Part shown: positions 19,938 through 30,586 of the stretch, piece by piece | Position numbering within the stretch: the stretch's first letter is position 1 | How the letters are laid out: each line of letters opens with the position of its first letter | DNA from: Candidatus Woesearchaeota archaeon | GTDB taxonomy: Archaea; Nanobdellota; Nanobdellia; Pacearchaeales; GW2011-AR1 | DNA length: 56,467 nucleotides | Assembly: GCA_964448605.1 (NCBI GenBank) | Contig: CAYUZV010000007.1 | Span: forward strand, 3,765-60,231 | Direction: 5' to 3' | The notes under the pieces: model-generated | What the model saw: the letters and a program-made list of their open reading frames with translations, nothing else | Told to the model about the DNA's origin: nothing | Database searches by the model: none | Program-made: the position numbers and the translations under genes

Positions 19938-22580
19938 ATGAAAAGAGGAATGATGTTGATTGGAATTGTAGTTTTGTTTTTAGTGGGATTTGTGAGTGCA
20001 GGGTGCACTGGAGAATATCGATGGGAAGCAGTAGACATACCTGATACTGAGCCTCCTGAGGAACCATGCACTGATCCTGGACCTGGAACTGGTGATCCTT
20101 TGTGTGAGCTTGCTTCAGATGGATTTACAGAAACCATCTGGATTGGAAGCGGAGAAATAGAAACTCCAAAATATCTTTCAGGGGATTTGGAAGATGAAAG
20201 TGGAGATTTAAAATGTGTAAGTGGATTTAGAGGTATGCTTGTCGGGGATGATAGGAGAAGATATTATCCTCAAAAACAATCTCTTTTTATTTCAATGGAT
20301 GGTACAAATTGGAACAAATTAATTATGGATGACGGGAGTGGTTATTTTCAAATAACAACTTATAATTCTTATCAGGATGTTTCTTTTCCAGAAGTTCCTG
20401 CAAAATATTTTAGAGTTAAAGTACGAGACTGTGATCATTGGGAATATGAGAAGAATATGTGGGGATTTTGGGAATGGGAATTTTATGAAAATCCTGATTA
20501 CTGCTCATTTAGTGAATTTCAAGTTAGAGTTAGAGATTTTGTATCGCCATGCATTCCGGATTGTGTTGGAAGAGAGTGTGGGCCTGATGGTTGTGAAGGT
20601 GTTTGTCCTCCTGGATGCACTAATCCTCATGGGACAACAAGTTGCAGTGTTGATGGTTTGTGTCAACCTGTATGTGATTCTGGATGGGGAAATTGTGATG
20701 GAGATAATACTAATGGATGTGAAACTGATTTAAAAACTAATGAGAATTGTGGAGATTGTGGAATTGTTTGTACAGGTGGGGATACTTGTGTTGATGGAAT
20801 TTGCGTAACTCCCTCAATGTTGTTTTGGACAAACACAAAATTTCAGACAATAACTGAGGCTGAATTAGGAGATACTGTTTTTATGATTTATGATAATGTT
20901 AATTCTGGTTATAATTTTGAAGTATATGAGGATGATGCGGTAAATGATGATGAAATAAGAGTTGGTGAAGATGCGATTCAAGGGATTTTATTAGGAGATA
21001 CTTTGTTGGCTGGATGGACAATTGGGCAGTCTGATTATGATAAAGGTGATGAGGGTGATGGTTCTGTTGAGTTTTATTTTAAGGTTGATGGACAGGATTC
21101 AGGTATTTTGGATGTTGTTGATAGTCCTGATAATTATCCTCCTAATGTTGAAATTGTAAAACCTGTTGATGGTGATGTTTTTAAGGTTGGGCAGAGTGTT
21201 GAGTTTGAGGCGATTTTTGAAGATGAGGATGATGATTTAAAGTTGACTTGGAGTTTTGGTGATGCTAATTCAGAAACAATTTCAAATTGTTTGACAACAA
21301 ATAATTGCAATACAAGTTATTCTTATTCAAATTCTGGGACTAAGGCAGTGATTGTAAAAGCTGAAGAAATGACTCGTTCTCAATATGATTCTGATAGGGT
21401 TGTTATTAAGATTTTTAAAGAAGGGATAAATATTTTTCCAAAGATTAGCAGTCCTGTTGATGGAAATGTTTTTAGCAGTCCTTCAGTTGATTTTGATGCA
21501 AGTGATAGTTATGTTGCAAGATGTTTGTATTCTTGTCCTTCTGGTAAGACATGTTATTCAGTGGGTGATTTAGAATGTTATGATTTAGATAATGCAAATA
21601 TTCCAACAGATTATAATTTTTGGTTTAACTGGACTTTTTCAGAAGGTTATGAGAAATATGGGAATTGGAATGATGATTATTCAGATGTTGTGTCTTTTTC
21701 AAAATCTTTTTTTCAACCTTCAGAACATTTTGCTATTTTGAAAGTGGGTTATGTTGAACCACCTTTTGATACAAATGAGATTGAGTGGAGTGATGGGATT
21801 TTTGTAACTTTTACTGTTACTTCTGAAGAACCTTTGTGTCTTGCAGAAGATGAGTCGAGTAAATGGGTTTATTGGGATTCTACTGCAAATGGAGGTGCTG
21901 GTGATATTGTTGTTGAAGAAGTTACTGATTCTGCTCAAAATTGTTATAAGGCAGATGGAAATCCTTATACAACTTGTTGTCCTAATGATAAGGGCAGATG
22001 TGTGAGGACTGTTGGAGATGCTGATTTTGGGAAATGTGAAGGTGAAATGCATCCTTTGCATTGTTCTGAATATTTGACAGAGGAAGATTGCAATAGTTTT
22101 CATTCAGAAACTGCAATAAATAGTGTGGAGGCAAATGCAGGTGATGGTTTTTGTGGTTCAACACAATCAAGATATGATTCAGGTTTAGGTGAAACTTGTT
22201 GGTGGACTATAAGTGATTGTAAGTGTGTTTGGGATTTAGAAGAGTCAGTTTGTGAAGCTTCTTATACGAAATCAGATGAAACTTGTGAAAGTGGACCAGG
22301 ACCTGATGGTGGAACTTGCACTTATGTGTCTGTTGATAAAATTGGTGGAGATTGTGAAAGTGGAGATGATTATGAAACTTATGAATGGGATGTGGTTTGG
22401 GATGGAAGTGGAGATCCTCCGAATGAGTGTGTTTCAAGCACAAAAGAATTTTCTTGTGAAGATGAAGTTCAACTTCCTTTTTTTGATTTTAGGAATTTTT
22501 TTATAGCTTTGATTTTAATTTGTTTGATTTATGTTTTTAAGATAAAGGATTTTAAACATAGAGAAATCCCTCATTTTTAA
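19938..22580 (+). CDS. Secreted/surface Cys-rich protein with discoidin-like and PKD/Ig-like domains and a C-terminal membrane anchor
   Basis: Signal peptide; SMDGTNW...AKYFRV (discoidin-like); GNCDGDNTNGCETDL..NENCGDCG repeat; WSFGD PKD motif; LPFF followed by a TM helix and basic tail. Confidence 0.8.
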   Translation: MKRGMMLIGIVVLFLVGFVSAGCTGEYRWEAVDIPDTEPPEEPCTDPGPGTGDPLCELASDGFTETIWIGSGEIETPKYLSGDLEDESGDLKCVSGFRGMLVGDDRRRYYPQKQSLFISMDGTNWNKLIMDDGSGYFQITTYNSYQDVSFPEVPAKYFRVKVRDCDHWEYEKNMWGFWEWEFYENPDYCSFSEFQVRVRDFVSPCIPDCVGRECGPDGCEGVCPPGCTNPHGTTSCSVDGLCQPVCDSGWGNCDGDNTNGCETDLKTNENCGDCGIVCTGGDTCVDGICVTPSMLFWTNTKFQTITEAELGDTVFMIYDNVNSGYNFEVYEDDAVNDDEIRVGEDAIQGILLGDTLLAGWTIGQSDYDKGDEGDGSVEFYFKVDGQDSGILDVVDSPDNYPPNVEIVKPVDGDVFKVGQSVEFEAIFEDEDDDLKLTWSFGDANSETISNCLTTNNCNTSYSYSNSGTKAVIVKAEEMTRSQYDSDRVVIKIFKEGINIFPKISSPVDGNVFSSPSVDFDASDSYVARCLYSCPSGKTCYSVGDLECYDLDNANIPTDYNFWFNWTFSEGYEKYGNWNDDYSDVVSFSKSFFQPSEHFAILKVGYVEPPFDTNEIEWSDGIFVTFTVTSEEPLCLAEDESSKWVYWDSTANGGAGDIVVEEVTDSAQNCYKADGNPYTTCCPNDKGRCVRTVGDADFGKCEGEMHPLHCSEYLTEEDCNSFHSETAINSVEANAGDGFCGSTQSRYDSGLGETCWWTISDCKCVWDLEESVCEASYTKSDETCESGPGPDGGTCTYVSVDKIGGDCESGDDYETYEWDVVWDGSGDPPNECVSSTKEFSCEDEVQLPFFDFRNFFIALILICLIYVFKIKDFKHREIPHF

Positions 22581-22666
22581 GTGAGGATGAGGAATTTTTC
22601 TAGCATCACAAAATCCTAAACAAACCCCTACCTTTAGGCAGGGGTTGAAACCGAAGGTTTTGTGAT
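22559..22666. repeat. Palindromic element (family C), related to families A and B
   Basis: CCTCATTTTTAAGTGAGG and AACCCCTACCTTTAGGCAGGGGTT hairpins, AAACC-GAA-GGTTT, enclosed by ATCACAAAA/TTTTGTGAT. Overlaps the stop of the 880-aa gene. Confidence 0.75.
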
Positions 22667-22730
22667 ATGTATGAATAAGAAATAAGCGAGTGATTTGATA
22701 AACAAGTATGGAAAGAATGTAAATTAGGGT

Positions 22731-22985
22731 ATGAGTATTTTTCAGGGACATTGTTTTATTGCTTTTTATAGAGATGAAGAGACACTTGATGTAATATCTA
22801 AAATGAGAGAATTATCTTTTTGTTCAGAGTTTAAGGGTTATGTAAGGTTTTCTGAAGAGAATTTTTAAAAAATAAGGGAAAGTTATTCTGGAAGAAAAGG
22901 AGGGAATGATTATCTCTGGATTGATTTAGACTTAGGGAAATATATTCTATTTTATTTACATTTAAATTTTGGAAGCATTTGCTAA
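22731..22985 (+). pseudogene. Small ORF interrupted by an in-frame TAA
   Basis: 85-codon frame MSIFQGHCFIAFYRDEE...EENF*KIRESYSGRKGGNDYLWID... with TAA at 22866. Confidence 0.4.
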
Positions 22986-23136
22986 CTAAAATTTTTATTA
23001 ATTATTATGAGAGAAACTAAGTAGTCTGGGATTATAATAGCAAGGATTAAATAAAATCAAATTATGACAAGGCCTGTGGATTCTACAGAATTGAGTTTTA
23101 AATTAAGTTTATAAAGTTTCATTTCTCTTAGGAGAT

Positions 23137-23661
23137 ATGAATGAGGAAATGAAAAAAGAGGTTTGGAAAGTTTTTATGGTAGCATCTTTTCTTTTTATTA
23201 CTATATTTTTTGTTTTGCCTTATTTGGTTCAGGTTTCTACTTATTTTCATGAAAAGGCACATCAAAAATATTTGAGTAAGTATGGTATTGAGAGTAGTTA
23301 TTCTGTTAATCTTCTTGAAACAATTCCAAATTTTTTTAATCCTAATGTCAATAAACTTGGTGTGACTCTTTTTAATCTGGATGATTATAAGGAATTAGAT
23401 AAATATCAGAGAGCAGAGATTAATATTGCTGGAATAATTTCAGATTTGAGGTTTTTATTTTTGGTTTCTATTTATCTTTCATTTGCTAATGTTTATTTGT
23501 TTTATAAGATTAAATTTAAGAAAGATTATAATTTGACATTTGTTCTTGCTGTTAATTGGATTCTTTTTATGTGGTTGCTGGCTTTGATTCAAATAACTGT
23601 TTCAAATATAACTTATTCTTCAGGAGATATTTATCAGTTAGTTAGGTATTTGAGGGTTTAG
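23137..23661 (+). CDS. Membrane protein with HExxH motif (putative M50-like/zincin metallopeptidase)
   Basis: TM helix, then FHEKAH, INIAGIISD and further TM helices. Confidence 0.6.
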   Translation: MNEEMKKEVWKVFMVASFLFITIFFVLPYLVQVSTYFHEKAHQKYLSKYGIESSYSVNLLETIPNFFNPNVNKLGVTLFNLDDYKELDKYQRAEINIAGIISDLRFLFLVSIYLSFANVYLFYKIKFKKDYNLTFVLAVNWILFMWLLALIQITVSNITYSSGDIYQLVRYLRV

Positions 23662-23699
23662 AATAAAAATATATAAAAACTGGTTTGGATTGAGTTTTT

Positions 23700-25019
23700 A
23701 TGGAAAAAGAGAATAAAGAAGAAATTTTTGCAGATTTAGAAGATTTAAAATCCTCTGACTCATCAAAAATTTTTAAAAAAATTTTTGCTGATTTGCATAT
23801 TCATTCGAGATTTTCAAGAGCTTGCAGTCGGGTTTTGAATATTGAAAATTTAGTTAAGTGGGGGAGGGTGAAGGGGTTGGGACTTTTAGGAACTGGTGAT
23901 TTTACACATCCTGAATGGTTAGAGGAATTAAAATCTAAATTAGTTGATAATGGAAAAGGTATTTTTTATTATGAGGACGAGGTTGGGAAATTTCCTTTTA
24001 TTTTAAGTCATGAAATTAGTTTGATTTATACTGCTAATGGAAAAGGAAGGAAAGTTCATTTAGTTTATCTTGTGCCGAGTTTTGAAGTTGTTGATAAGAT
24101 TAATGAGTGGTTGGATAGTAAGGGGAGGAGAGATTATGATGGAAGACCTATTTTTAAAATAAGTTGCAGGGATTTTGCTGCTAAAATGCAGGAGATTGAT
24201 GAGAGAATTGAAATTATTCCTGCACATATTTGGACTCCTTATTTTGGAATTTTTGGAAGTGAGAGTGGTTTTGATAGTTTGAAGGAAGCTTTTGAAGATA
24301 AGGTTGATAGGGTTCATGCAATTGAAACAGGGATTTCTTCAGATCCAAAAATGAATTGGAAGATAAAAGAATTGAATGATAGGAATATTAGTATTGTTAG
24401 TTTTTCTGATGCTCATAGTTTTTGGCCTTGGAGATTGGGAAGAGAAGCGACGATTTTTAGAGTAGAGGATGAATTGAGTTATGATTTTATTTTAAATCAG
24501 ATTAGGGAAAATTCTTTTATTGGAACTATTGAAACTGATCCTGCTTATGGAAAGTATCATTTTGATGGACATTCAAAATGTGATTTTAGTTGTTCTCCTA
24601 AGGAGAGTGAGGAATCGAAGGGGATTTGTCCTAAATGTGGGGGGAAATTAGTTATTGGTGTTGATAACAGGGTTGAGAAACTTTCAGGAGATGGTGTTTA
24701 TGAAAAAAAGAAAGAATATTATACTTTGTTGCCTTTGCACGAAATATTGAGTTTGGGAATGGGTGTTGGAATGAATAGTAAAAAAGTTTGGGAGGTTTAT
24801 AATTTGTTGATTGAGAAATTTGAAAATGAGTTTAGAATTTTATTAGATGTTGATTTTGAAAGTTTGTTGAGTGTTTTGCAAGATAAAAAAATTGTTGATT
24901 TAATTTTGAAAAATCGGAAAGGTGAAATAAATGTTAAACCAGGTTATGATGGTGTTTATGGAAAAGCTCAAATAGGAGAGTTGGAAGAATCTGAGAATGT
25001 TCAGAGGACTTTATTTTGA
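23700..25019 (+). CDS. PHP-domain endonuclease Q family protein
   Basis: DLHIHSRFS, GTGDFTHP, PAHIWTP, SDAHS, LGRE, GKYHFDGH, CPKCGG, PGYDGVYG. Confidence 0.9.
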   Translation: MEKENKEEIFADLEDLKSSDSSKIFKKIFADLHIHSRFSRACSRVLNIENLVKWGRVKGLGLLGTGDFTHPEWLEELKSKLVDNGKGIFYYEDEVGKFPFILSHEISLIYTANGKGRKVHLVYLVPSFEVVDKINEWLDSKGRRDYDGRPIFKISCRDFAAKMQEIDERIEIIPAHIWTPYFGIFGSESGFDSLKEAFEDKVDRVHAIETGISSDPKMNWKIKELNDRNISIVSFSDAHSFWPWRLGREATIFRVEDELSYDFILNQIRENSFIGTIETDPAYGKYHFDGHSKCDFSCSPKESEESKGICPKCGGKLVIGVDNRVEKLSGDGVYEKKKEYYTLLPLHEILSLGMGVGMNSKKVWEVYNLLIEKFENEFRILLDVDFESLLSVLQDKKIVDLILKNRKGEINVKPGYDGVYGKAQIGELEESENVQRTLF

Positions 25020-25367
25020 CTCCTTGCTCTTATAACTCCTTTCTCTTAAAATATCAAGTAATTTAGAAGGGTGGACTATAGGTTCATTTCCTGAAGTTTG
25101 TAATAGAACATATTTATGATAGTGTTTGTGATTTTCAGGACATTTTTCTGGAGATTGAGTAATGCTTATTCTTGTAATGAAATTTCCGTCATAAAAAATA
25201 TATTGAAAATTTCCTTCATCAATACATTCCTGATGTAATTTTTCTTCAATATCATCTTCAGTGCAAATCCATCCAGAAACATTTCCCTGGAATTCAAGAC
25301 TTGAGGTTGAACTATTGACAGGGTTAGATTGAAATTTTCTGAAATATTTATTCCTTAAAACACCCAT
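25011..25367 (-). CDS. Hypothetical protein
   Basis: 118-aa ORF with a TATA-like TTTAAA upstream. Confidence 0.55.
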   Translation of the reverse strand: MGVLRNKYFRKFQSNPVNSSTSSLEFQGNVSGWICTEDDIEEKLHQECIDEGNFQYIFYDGNFITRISITQSPEKCPENHKHYHKYVLLQTSGNEPIVHPSKLLDILRERSYKSKESK

Positions 25368-25484
25368 AGAAACTTATGAGATAAGGGTTTAAAAAATTAA
25401 TTATTCTGAAGAAGGTATTGAAATATTTGTATTTTAGAGTGAGATATTGACTTAAGGGATTATTTATTGTTTTTGATTTTATAA

Positions 25485-26315
25485 TTACTCCATTTTGTTT
25501 TCTTTTGTTTCAACAACATACATTTGATTATCAAAATACCAGAAAACAAGTGTTTTGTTTTTGGGTTTGAATTTTGTTAGGTCTGATATATTGTGAATGT
25601 TTGAAGCGTGGAGCATAATGTAATCTGCATTTATTTCTTCAATATCTTTATACATTTCTTTTGTGAGAAAATCAAAAGGCAGGTAAGTTCCTGATGTAAT
25701 CCAGTAGATTTTTCCTGTTTTTATTTTTGGATATTTTTCTTTAGAGTAGATTAGGACATCTTTTGAAACAGATGATATGATTATTTTGTCAAGGATTTTT
25801 CTTTCAGTGCAATCTTTTATTATATAATCGAGTAATTTTTTGTCATCTTCCAGATTTCCTTGAGATTTTATTTCAATGTCGATTTTCTTTTTATTTCCAA
25901 TTACATTCATAACTTCTTCATAAGTTGTGACTTCAAAATAAGTTAGTTCTTGTATTTCATTAAAAGTTAGGTTTTCTATTTTGTCAGACCTTCCAGTTGT
26001 TCTTAAAAGTGCAGTGTCGTGAAAAACTAAGATTTTTTTGTCTTTTGTGTATTGAATGTCGAATTCAATAAATTCGTATTCTGGATTGTCTGCTGAACTT
26101 TTTATTGCTTCCAGAGTATTTTCAAAATGTTTCACAGAATCTCCTCTATGAGCACCTTTTACAAAATTGTATTCCTGACCTACTGCATCAATTACTGGAA
26201 CTGTTGACAGCATTAGGAATAGGTAAATCATAAAAGGTATTTTTGTTAAAAGTGATATGATTAATACCTTTTTTCTATGTTTTTTTAATGTTTCAAGAGG
26301 TTTTATTTTCTCCAT
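25485..26315 (-). CDS. Membrane-anchored glycerophosphodiester phosphodiesterase
   Basis: AHRG...ENTLEA, EFDIQYTKD...VFHD, IEIK; N-terminal TM helix. Confidence 0.9.
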   Translation of the reverse strand: MEKIKPLETLKKHRKKVLIISLLTKIPFMIYLFLMLSTVPVIDAVGQEYNFVKGAHRGDSVKHFENTLEAIKSSADNPEYEFIEFDIQYTKDKKILVFHDTALLRTTGRSDKIENLTFNEIQELTYFEVTTYEEVMNVIGNKKKIDIEIKSQGNLEDDKKLLDYIIKDCTERKILDKIIISSVSKDVLIYSKEKYPKIKTGKIYWITSGTYLPFDFLTKEMYKDIEEINADYIMLHASNIHNISDLTKFKPKNKTLVFWYFDNQMYVVETKENKME

Positions 26316-26412
26316 TTTTCTTATTTTAGAAAGGTGTTTATAGTTTATAAATCTTACTATTTGTTATTATTTAATAGTAGTTACTTAATTGCTTGTTTTT
26401 AATAAAATTTGG

Positions 26413-26529
26413 TTATGTCAAGAATTTAAAACTCCACACTTTAGTGTGTGGAATTCTTGAACATCCTAAAAACAAGGGCTTGTTCCAAACTCTACCTTAA
26501 GAGGGGGAGTGGTCCATTGTTTTTTTGAT
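26413..26529. repeat. Dispersed palindromic repeat family B, copy 1
   Basis: TCAAGAATT...CCACACTTTAGTGTGTGG AATTCTTGA ACATCCTAAAAACAAGG...CCATTGTTTTTTTGAT. Near-identical to 48057-48172. Confidence 0.88.
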
Positions 26530-26566
26530 GATAAATATTTATAAAGATGATTAATTTATCAAAAAT

Positions 26567-27814
26567 ATGTTTGGAAAATTAAAGGAAAAACTTAATGGGT
26601 GGTTTTCGTCATCTAAGGAGACAATTGAAAAGACAGAGGAAGAAGTTAAAACTGAAAAGGAGATTGAAAAAGCTGAGAAAATTATTGAAAAGGCGAAAAA
26701 AGAGTCTCGGGAGGATTTTCCTGTGAAGTTTGATGTTGCTTTAAAAAAGTATTTTCCTGATTTAGATAAGGTTCATGAAGAGGCAGAGGCAATAAAAAAG
26801 GATGTTGAGAAAGCTAAGAAAATTGAGAAATTGAAAAAAAAGGTAAAAGAAGATGAGGTGGAGTTGAGAGGGTTGGGAGAGTCAGAAGAGGAGATTAAAA
26901 AAGAGGCGATAAGGAAGGATTCTTCAGAAGATTTGAGTTCTAAAAAGAATATATTTTCAAAAATAAAGTCAAGTTTTGCTTACAAGATTTCAGAAGATGG
27001 TTTTAATGAGATATTTGAGGATTTGGAGTTTCTTCTTTTGGAGAATAATGTTGCTTTAGAGGTTGTTGAGAATATTAGGGAGAGGTTGTCTGAGAGATTG
27101 GTTGGTAAAGAGATTGTGAAGAATGAACTTGAGTCTGAAATAAGGAATGGGTTGAGAGATATTTTGAATGATATTTTGATTGAACCTGATGATTTTTTTG
27201 AAGTTATTAAAGGTTCTGAAAAGCCGTTTGTAGTTCTTTTTTTTGGAATAAATGGGACTGGTAAGACAACTACAATTGCGAAGATTGCTCATTTTTTGAA
27301 ATCAAAAGGTTTGAAGGTTGTTTTGGGTGCAGGTGATACTTTTAGAGCTGCTTCAATTGAACAGATTTCAGAGCATGCGAAAAATTTGAATGTTCCTTTG
27401 GTTAAACATGATTATGGTTCTGATGCTGCTGCTGTTGGTTTTGATGCAATAAAATATGCAAAGAGTCATGCTATTGATGTTGTTCTTATTGATACTGCTG
27501 GTAGGATGCATACTCAAGATAATTTGATTGAAGAGATTAAGAAAATAGAGAGAGTTAATTCTCCTGATTTGAAGATTTTTGTTGCTGAATCTATTGCAGG
27601 CAATGATGCTGTTGAACAGGCAAAAACATTTAATGAGGCGATTGAGATAGATGGTTCAATTTTAAGTAAGGCAGATATTGATGAAAAGGGTGGGACAATT
27701 ATAAGTGTTAGTTATGCAACACATAAACCGATTTTTTATTTAGGAGTTGGTCAGAATTACGAGGATTTAGAATTTTTTGATAAAGAGAAATTTATTGAGA
27801 GATTGGGGTTTTGA
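26567..27814 (+). CDS. ftsY: Signal recognition particle receptor FtsY
   Basis: Charged N-terminus, GINGTGKTTT, DTFRAA, DTAGR, SKAD...KGG, GVGQ. Confidence 0.97.
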   Translation: MFGKLKEKLNGWFSSSKETIEKTEEEVKTEKEIEKAEKIIEKAKKESREDFPVKFDVALKKYFPDLDKVHEEAEAIKKDVEKAKKIEKLKKKVKEDEVELRGLGESEEEIKKEAIRKDSSEDLSSKKNIFSKIKSSFAYKISEDGFNEIFEDLEFLLLENNVALEVVENIRERLSERLVGKEIVKNELESEIRNGLRDILNDILIEPDDFFEVIKGSEKPFVVLFFGINGTGKTTTIAKIAHFLKSKGLKVVLGAGDTFRAASIEQISEHAKNLNVPLVKHDYGSDAAAVGFDAIKYAKSHAIDVVLIDTAGRMHTQDNLIEEIKKIERVNSPDLKIFVAESIAGNDAVEQAKTFNEAIEIDGSILSKADIDEKGGTIISVSYATHKPIFYLGVGQNYEDLEFFDKEKFIERLGF

Positions 27815-27820
27815 ATTTTG

Positions 27821-29395
27821 TTAAAACAATCTTTTTTGTTCATCTTGTTTAATAGGTTTTTCTTCTAAGGAAATTCCATTGTCTAAATCTTTTTTCACAC
27901 TATCAATTGAACGATACATTTTCTTTTCTTTTGACATTGAGGCATAATAGAATATCTCGTCTAAGGTGTCGAGGGTGAGGAGGATGATTAGTTCGCCTTT
28001 CATTAGACGGGCTGTTCTTCCTGCTCTTTGGATTTTTCTTATTGCTGATGGAATTGGTTCGTAAAAGATTACTGAATTTACTTCTGGAATGTCAAGTCCT
28101 TCTTCTGCAATTGATGTTGCACAGATTATGTTTATTTCTCCTTCTCTGAATTGGTTTATTATTTCCTGCTGTTCTTTTTGAGAGAGTCCTGAATCTTGTT
28201 TTTTTGATTGTCCTACAAAAACTTTTGCATTTATATTTGGTATTGTGTTTAATTCTTTTGATATTTTGATTACAGTATCCCGATATTGTGAGAAGATTAT
28301 TGTTTTATTTTTTGGATTTTGTTTTATTGATTCTTCAATTATTGATTTTAGTTCTAATAATTTTGGATGTTCCAGATTTTTTGAAATTAATTCATTTATT
28401 TTTATGTTTGCATTATTGAAGTTGGAGTTTTTGATTAACTGCTGGACTGCTTTTGATTTTTTTTGTGATGCTTGTTGATAAATTGATTTTAGATAATTTG
28501 ATGCTGTGAAAAGTGTTTGAGTTTCCAAGAGTTCTATTAGATGAGAGAGTTTTATTGCCTGAGTGCATGCAGAGATTCCTGCGAAGTAATTGAAGTTTTT
28601 GTTTCCTGATGTGACTGCTTTCATTAGATTTCCTTGGGTTTCTAAAAGTGTTATTTTGTTTGCTGGTTTAAAAAGCAGTTTTCGGTTTTTTAGTTCCTGA
28701 ATTTTTTTATTGCAAATGTCTCTTATTATTGTTGTTATTTCTTTTAATTTTTCTGGAAATTCTATTCGTATTGTTTTGAATTTTAGTTCCTGTAAGTAGG
28801 GTTTGACATCTTTGCTGTCTCTTGTTCTTAATTCAATTGTTTCTATTCCCAGATTTGTTGCTATTTTTTTTATTTTTTCTTTGTCTACTCCTGGTGATGC
28901 TGTGAGTCCCAGAACTTTTGGATTTATTGCTTGTTCTTTGTATTTTTGAGCTATGAAAGTGTAGGCATAATTTTTTAGGCATCTATGAGATTCGTCTTCG
29001 ATTAAAAGGGAAACTTCTTCTAAATTGTAGATGTTGTTTTTTAAGTCATTTGAAATGCATTGAGGTGTTGAGAAAATTATGTCTGATTTCTGCCAGAGTT
29101 GTTTTCTTTTTTTTGCAGGTGTTTTTCCTGTGAATAGAGTGAGTTGTGCAAAGAGTTCTGGAAGATGTTTTTGAAAATATTCTAAGTGTTGTTCTGCTAA
29201 AGGTCTTGTTGGTGCGAGGAAAAGTGTTTTTGTTGCAGGATGTTTTTTTTGAGTGTAAATTGAAAGCATAAGTGCAATAAGAGTTTTTCCTATTCCTGTT
29301 GGAAGGACAACTAAGCAGTTTTTTTCCTTGCAAACATTGTAAATTTCTTGTTGATATTTACGGGGGGTGATTGTTGATAGAATCTTATCTGGCAT
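27821..29395 (-). CDS. Hef/FANCM-like (ERCC4-like) SF2 helicase, no C-terminal nuclease domain
   Basis: LPTGIGKT, DESH, LTASPG, FVGQ, EEGLDIP, QRAGRTAR. Confidence 0.9.
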   Translation of the reverse strand: MPDKILSTITPRKYQQEIYNVCKEKNCLVVLPTGIGKTLIALMLSIYTQKKHPATKTLFLAPTRPLAEQHLEYFQKHLPELFAQLTLFTGKTPAKKRKQLWQKSDIIFSTPQCISNDLKNNIYNLEEVSLLIEDESHRCLKNYAYTFIAQKYKEQAINPKVLGLTASPGVDKEKIKKIATNLGIETIELRTRDSKDVKPYLQELKFKTIRIEFPEKLKEITTIIRDICNKKIQELKNRKLLFKPANKITLLETQGNLMKAVTSGNKNFNYFAGISACTQAIKLSHLIELLETQTLFTASNYLKSIYQQASQKKSKAVQQLIKNSNFNNANIKINELISKNLEHPKLLELKSIIEESIKQNPKNKTIIFSQYRDTVIKISKELNTIPNINAKVFVGQSKKQDSGLSQKEQQEIINQFREGEINIICATSIAEEGLDIPEVNSVIFYEPIPSAIRKIQRAGRTARLMKGELIILLTLDTLDEIFYYASMSKEKKMYRSIDSVKKDLDNGISLEEKPIKQDEQKRLF

Positions 29396-29432
29396 TTCTA
29401 TTTTAAGAGTTGCAGGGTTTTAAGGTTTGTTG

Positions 29433-30107
29433 TTAGAAAATGAATGTTAGAATGAGGAATATTGCATAGAAAATTAAAAGCAATGAGTAAGAGACAGGAC
29501 TTCCGAAGAGGGTTTTGGCTCCGTCGAGGTTTCCTAAAGGCAGGAGATTCCACGCTCCATAGAAAATTGAGTATTTTGTTAATTGAGTTCCTAATTGAAT
29601 GTTGAAGTTATAGGTTAATAACTCTCCGATTATTGCTAAAATTATCAAGGAGTAAAATCCCCAGACAGAGATAAATGCTGAGTCAACTTCGTTTAGGTCC
29701 ATTTTTCTTTCTGCTCTTCGGGTTCCTTGTTTTTTTAACAATCTTCTTGCTGAATCATTTTTTGCATTGTATTGTAAAAATAAAAATGGTTTGAGAAATC
29801 CTAATGCGAGAAAAGATACAAGAGGTGGAAGAATTAGTCCAATTGGAATGGGTTTTTTAAAATGAGCTCTTTCATACCATCCCCATCTTTGAAATTTCCA
29901 GATTGAGTGTTCTATTTTTGTTGAATATCTTGGTGCTACGATTTCTTTTGCAAAAATGTTTGTCAGAATTATTAGTGCAGGGATTATCAAAAGAGAAAGT
30001 TGGAGGTTTAGTTGAAGGGATTCTGTTTCAGAGTTGTAAGTTATTCCAATTATAATCCAGAATAAAAGAATTGCAATTATAATCCAGATTGCCTCTTTTA
30101 GTTTCAT
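29433..30107 (-). CDS. Membrane protein, degenerate M50/site-2-protease-like
   Basis: NLLPLGNLDG motif present, but no HExxH (NIFAKEI at the likely equivalent position). Confidence 0.6.
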   Translation of the reverse strand: MKLKEAIWIIIAILLFWIIIGITYNSETESLQLNLQLSLLIIPALIILTNIFAKEIVAPRYSTKIEHSIWKFQRWGWYERAHFKKPIPIGLILPPLVSFLALGFLKPFLFLQYNAKNDSARRLLKKQGTRRAERKMDLNEVDSAFISVWGFYSLIILAIIGELLTYNFNIQLGTQLTKYSIFYGAWNLLPLGNLDGAKTLFGSPVSYSLLLIFYAIFLILTFIF

Positions 30108-30256
30108 TAGATTGGAAAGTTGTTGGAAGTTATAAAGTTATTGATTGGATTTGAGAATTAAAATTAATCTGGAATTTAATTGATGATTGAGATATATTTT
30201 ATTCATTAGTTCAAACCACAGAAAAGTATTTAAATGATTTTTATTTTAGTATAGTT

Positions 30257-30586
30257 ATGTTGAAGATAAAAAAGATTTCAGATGTGGTTGGTAAGAAAGT
30301 ATACACAGATACAGGTGACTTTTTTGGGGAAATTGAAGAGTCTAATTTGATGGAGAATAAAGTTGAAAATTGGAGGATTCGGATTGCGACTGGAATGGGT
30401 GGTTTTCTTGGAGGTGCTCGTGGAGTGATTATTCCTCATCAGTTTGTTAAGGCTGTAGGTGATGTTGTTATTGTGAGCAGGGCTAATTTGCCTTTGAAAG
30501 AGGGTGAAGAAGCTGTTGAAGAAACTGTGGATTTAAGTGCTCCTGAAAATGCTTCTGATGATGTTGAAGTTCCTGTGATGGAGTAA
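30257..30586 (+). CDS. PRC-barrel domain protein
   Basis: GKKVYTDTGDFFGEI...IIPHQFVKAVGDVVIV. Confidence 0.88.
   Translation: MLKIKKISDVVGKKVYTDTGDFFGEIEESNLMENKVENWRIRIATGMGGFLGGARGVIIPHQFVKAVGDVVIVSRANLPLKEGEEAVEETVDLSAPENASDDVEVPVME

Noticed and set aside
19329-22985. Stop-codon reassignment or readthrough
   Set aside because: The interrupting codons differ (TAG and TAA), and conserved genes terminate normally at TAG, TGA and TAA.
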